64,000 nucleotides of DNA from Octopus sinensis (Eukaryota): the NCBI RefSeq assembly GCF_006345805.1, contig NC_043002.1, positions 115,320,001 to 115,384,000 on the forward strand. The letters run 5' to 3'. Position numbers and translations under genes: made by a program. Below the pieces are notes generated by a model. The model worked only from the letters and a program-made list of their open reading frames with translations, ran no database searches and had not been told where the DNA came from. Below are positions 62,699 to 64,000 of this stretch, piece after piece (positions within the stretch are counted from its first letter, which is position 1; every line of letters starts with the position of its first letter).

Positions 62699-63095
62699 TG
62701 GCTGTGTAGCTTCTTCCCAACTATATGATCTTAGGTTCAGTCTTAATGCGCTGCCCCTTGCGCAAGGTGTCCTCTGTTGTAGCCCCGAGTCGACCAAAGC
62801 CTTGTGGGTGGATTTGGTAGATGGAAACTAAAAGAGGCTCCTCGTATATACTCGTGCGCGCGCGCGTGTGTGTGTGTGTATAGCTATACGTATGTATTTG
62901 TGTTTGTCCCTCACCAGAGCTTGACAACCACTGTTGGGTTTTTACGTCCCCGTTGCCAAGCGGTTCGGCAAAAGAGACTGATATAATAAGTACCTTTCTT
63001 TCACATAAGTACTGGTTTGAATTGTTCGAACAAACCCTTCCATGCAGTGACCCAGCATGGCCGCAATACAATGACTGAAACAAGTCAAAGATAAA
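62699..63095 (+). mobile_element. SINE type B
   Basis: Head GTGGCTGTGTAG…; tail GCAGTGACCCAGCATGGCCGCAATACAATGACTGAAACAAG. Confidence 0.82.
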
Positions 63096-63294
63096 TTAAT
63101 ACAAAGAAGAAATCAACATCGTCATCACTAAAATTATTTATGAATTTTGACATCCAAACGTAAAATAGGAAATTATCTTTTGCAATCAATCGAAAAGTTC
63201 TCTTCGGTAATATTTCAATGACGTTCCTACTAATTTCTATTTTACTGCATATAAAATTAAAATTCAACTAAACATCTAAAGTATGTTACAGATA

Positions 63295-63527
63295 TATTTC
63301 TTTACTGCCCACAAGGGGCTAAACATAGAGAGGACAAACAAGGACAAACAAAGGGATTAAGTCGATTACATCGACCCCCAGTGCGAAACTGGTACTTTAT
63401 TTATCGACCCCGAAAGGATGAAAGGCAAAGTCGACCTCGGCGGAATTTGAACTCAGAACGTAACGACAGACGAAATACCGCGAAGCATTTCGCCCGGCGC
63501 GCTAACGTTTCTGCCAGCTTGCCGCCC
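63295..63527 (-). mobile_element. Full-length SINE A
   Basis: 13-bp TSD TATGTTACAGATA (63282-63294 / 63528-63540). Confidence 0.92.
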
Positions 63528-63690
63528 TATGTTACAGATAGTGTTGTTATTGTTGTTTTTGTTGTTATTTAGCCCCGGGTCTACCCTAATCGAGCAGATC
63601 TATGGTCAGAGGTATTTCAGTATTATCCTTTTTGAAAAGTATTGAGAAGATTTGGCTGCTATTTCTATCAGGTTGAATGATCATATAAAG

Positions 63691-64000
63691 CAGGAATTCT
63701 CAACCATTTTTTATCCATAGACCCCTTTTGATTACTATTTTATTCTGGTGGACCACCAGAGCCATTCAATGTTTAAAAACTAGTTTTATACATACTTCTT
63801 TCAAAACTCTATTAACTTGTGTTGGTTGAACTACGTAAAATTTTAGAGGGAGAAACCTCGCTGTTTCTTGCAGTACGTACCAATACGTACATCTAAAGCA
63901 AACATTTTTTTAGGCTCCCTTAAAATACTATTGTGGATCCCCATTTTATTATTTTGTTATGTGAACCCCCAAAAATCTTATATGGACCCTCAGAGACCAT
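63691..64000. mobile_element. Probable hAT (Charlie-like) MITE running off the window end
   Basis: Start CAGGAATTCTCAACC resembles hAT-Charlie termini (CAGGGGTTCTCAA), with internal GGACCCC motifs. The other terminus is not visible. Confidence 0.5.

Overview
AT-rich, microsatellite-dense animal genomic DNA. The tRNA-derived SINE families, the START-domain gene and the (TA)n/(TATG)n/(GATA)n load suggest a coleoid cephalopod, probably Octopus (inference from recalled repeat families, not checked). Only one host gene is supportable: a StARD4/5/6-type START-domain protein on the + strand (CDS 804-1442, uninterrupted, probably preceded by a 5'UTR intron at 538-794). The rest is a mobile-element landscape: a full-length but disabled Tx1-type L1-clade LINE (21761-27053) nested in a tRNA-SINE whose 3' tail it shares; remnants of CR1/L2, RTE, Penelope-like (PLE) and Gypsy elements; Tigger-like, Merlin-like and hAT-like MITEs; and at least four SINE types that swap heads, bodies and tails. 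The most notable signals are (1) PLE-type minimal hammerhead ribozyme motifs, two in inverted arms around a tRNA-like head (3069-3428) and one with an intact core (54186-54249); (2) SINE-LINE tail sharing plus a recurrent self-insertion point inside the SINE (GTATTTCGTCTG); (3) several near-perfect fold-back palindromes, including a 219-bp-arm hairpin (12751-13203); (4) local inverted patches inside Tx1 ORF1. Nearly all ORFs in the supplied track are microsatellite or repeat artefacts. Coordinates of decayed remnants are approximate, and no database search was possible.
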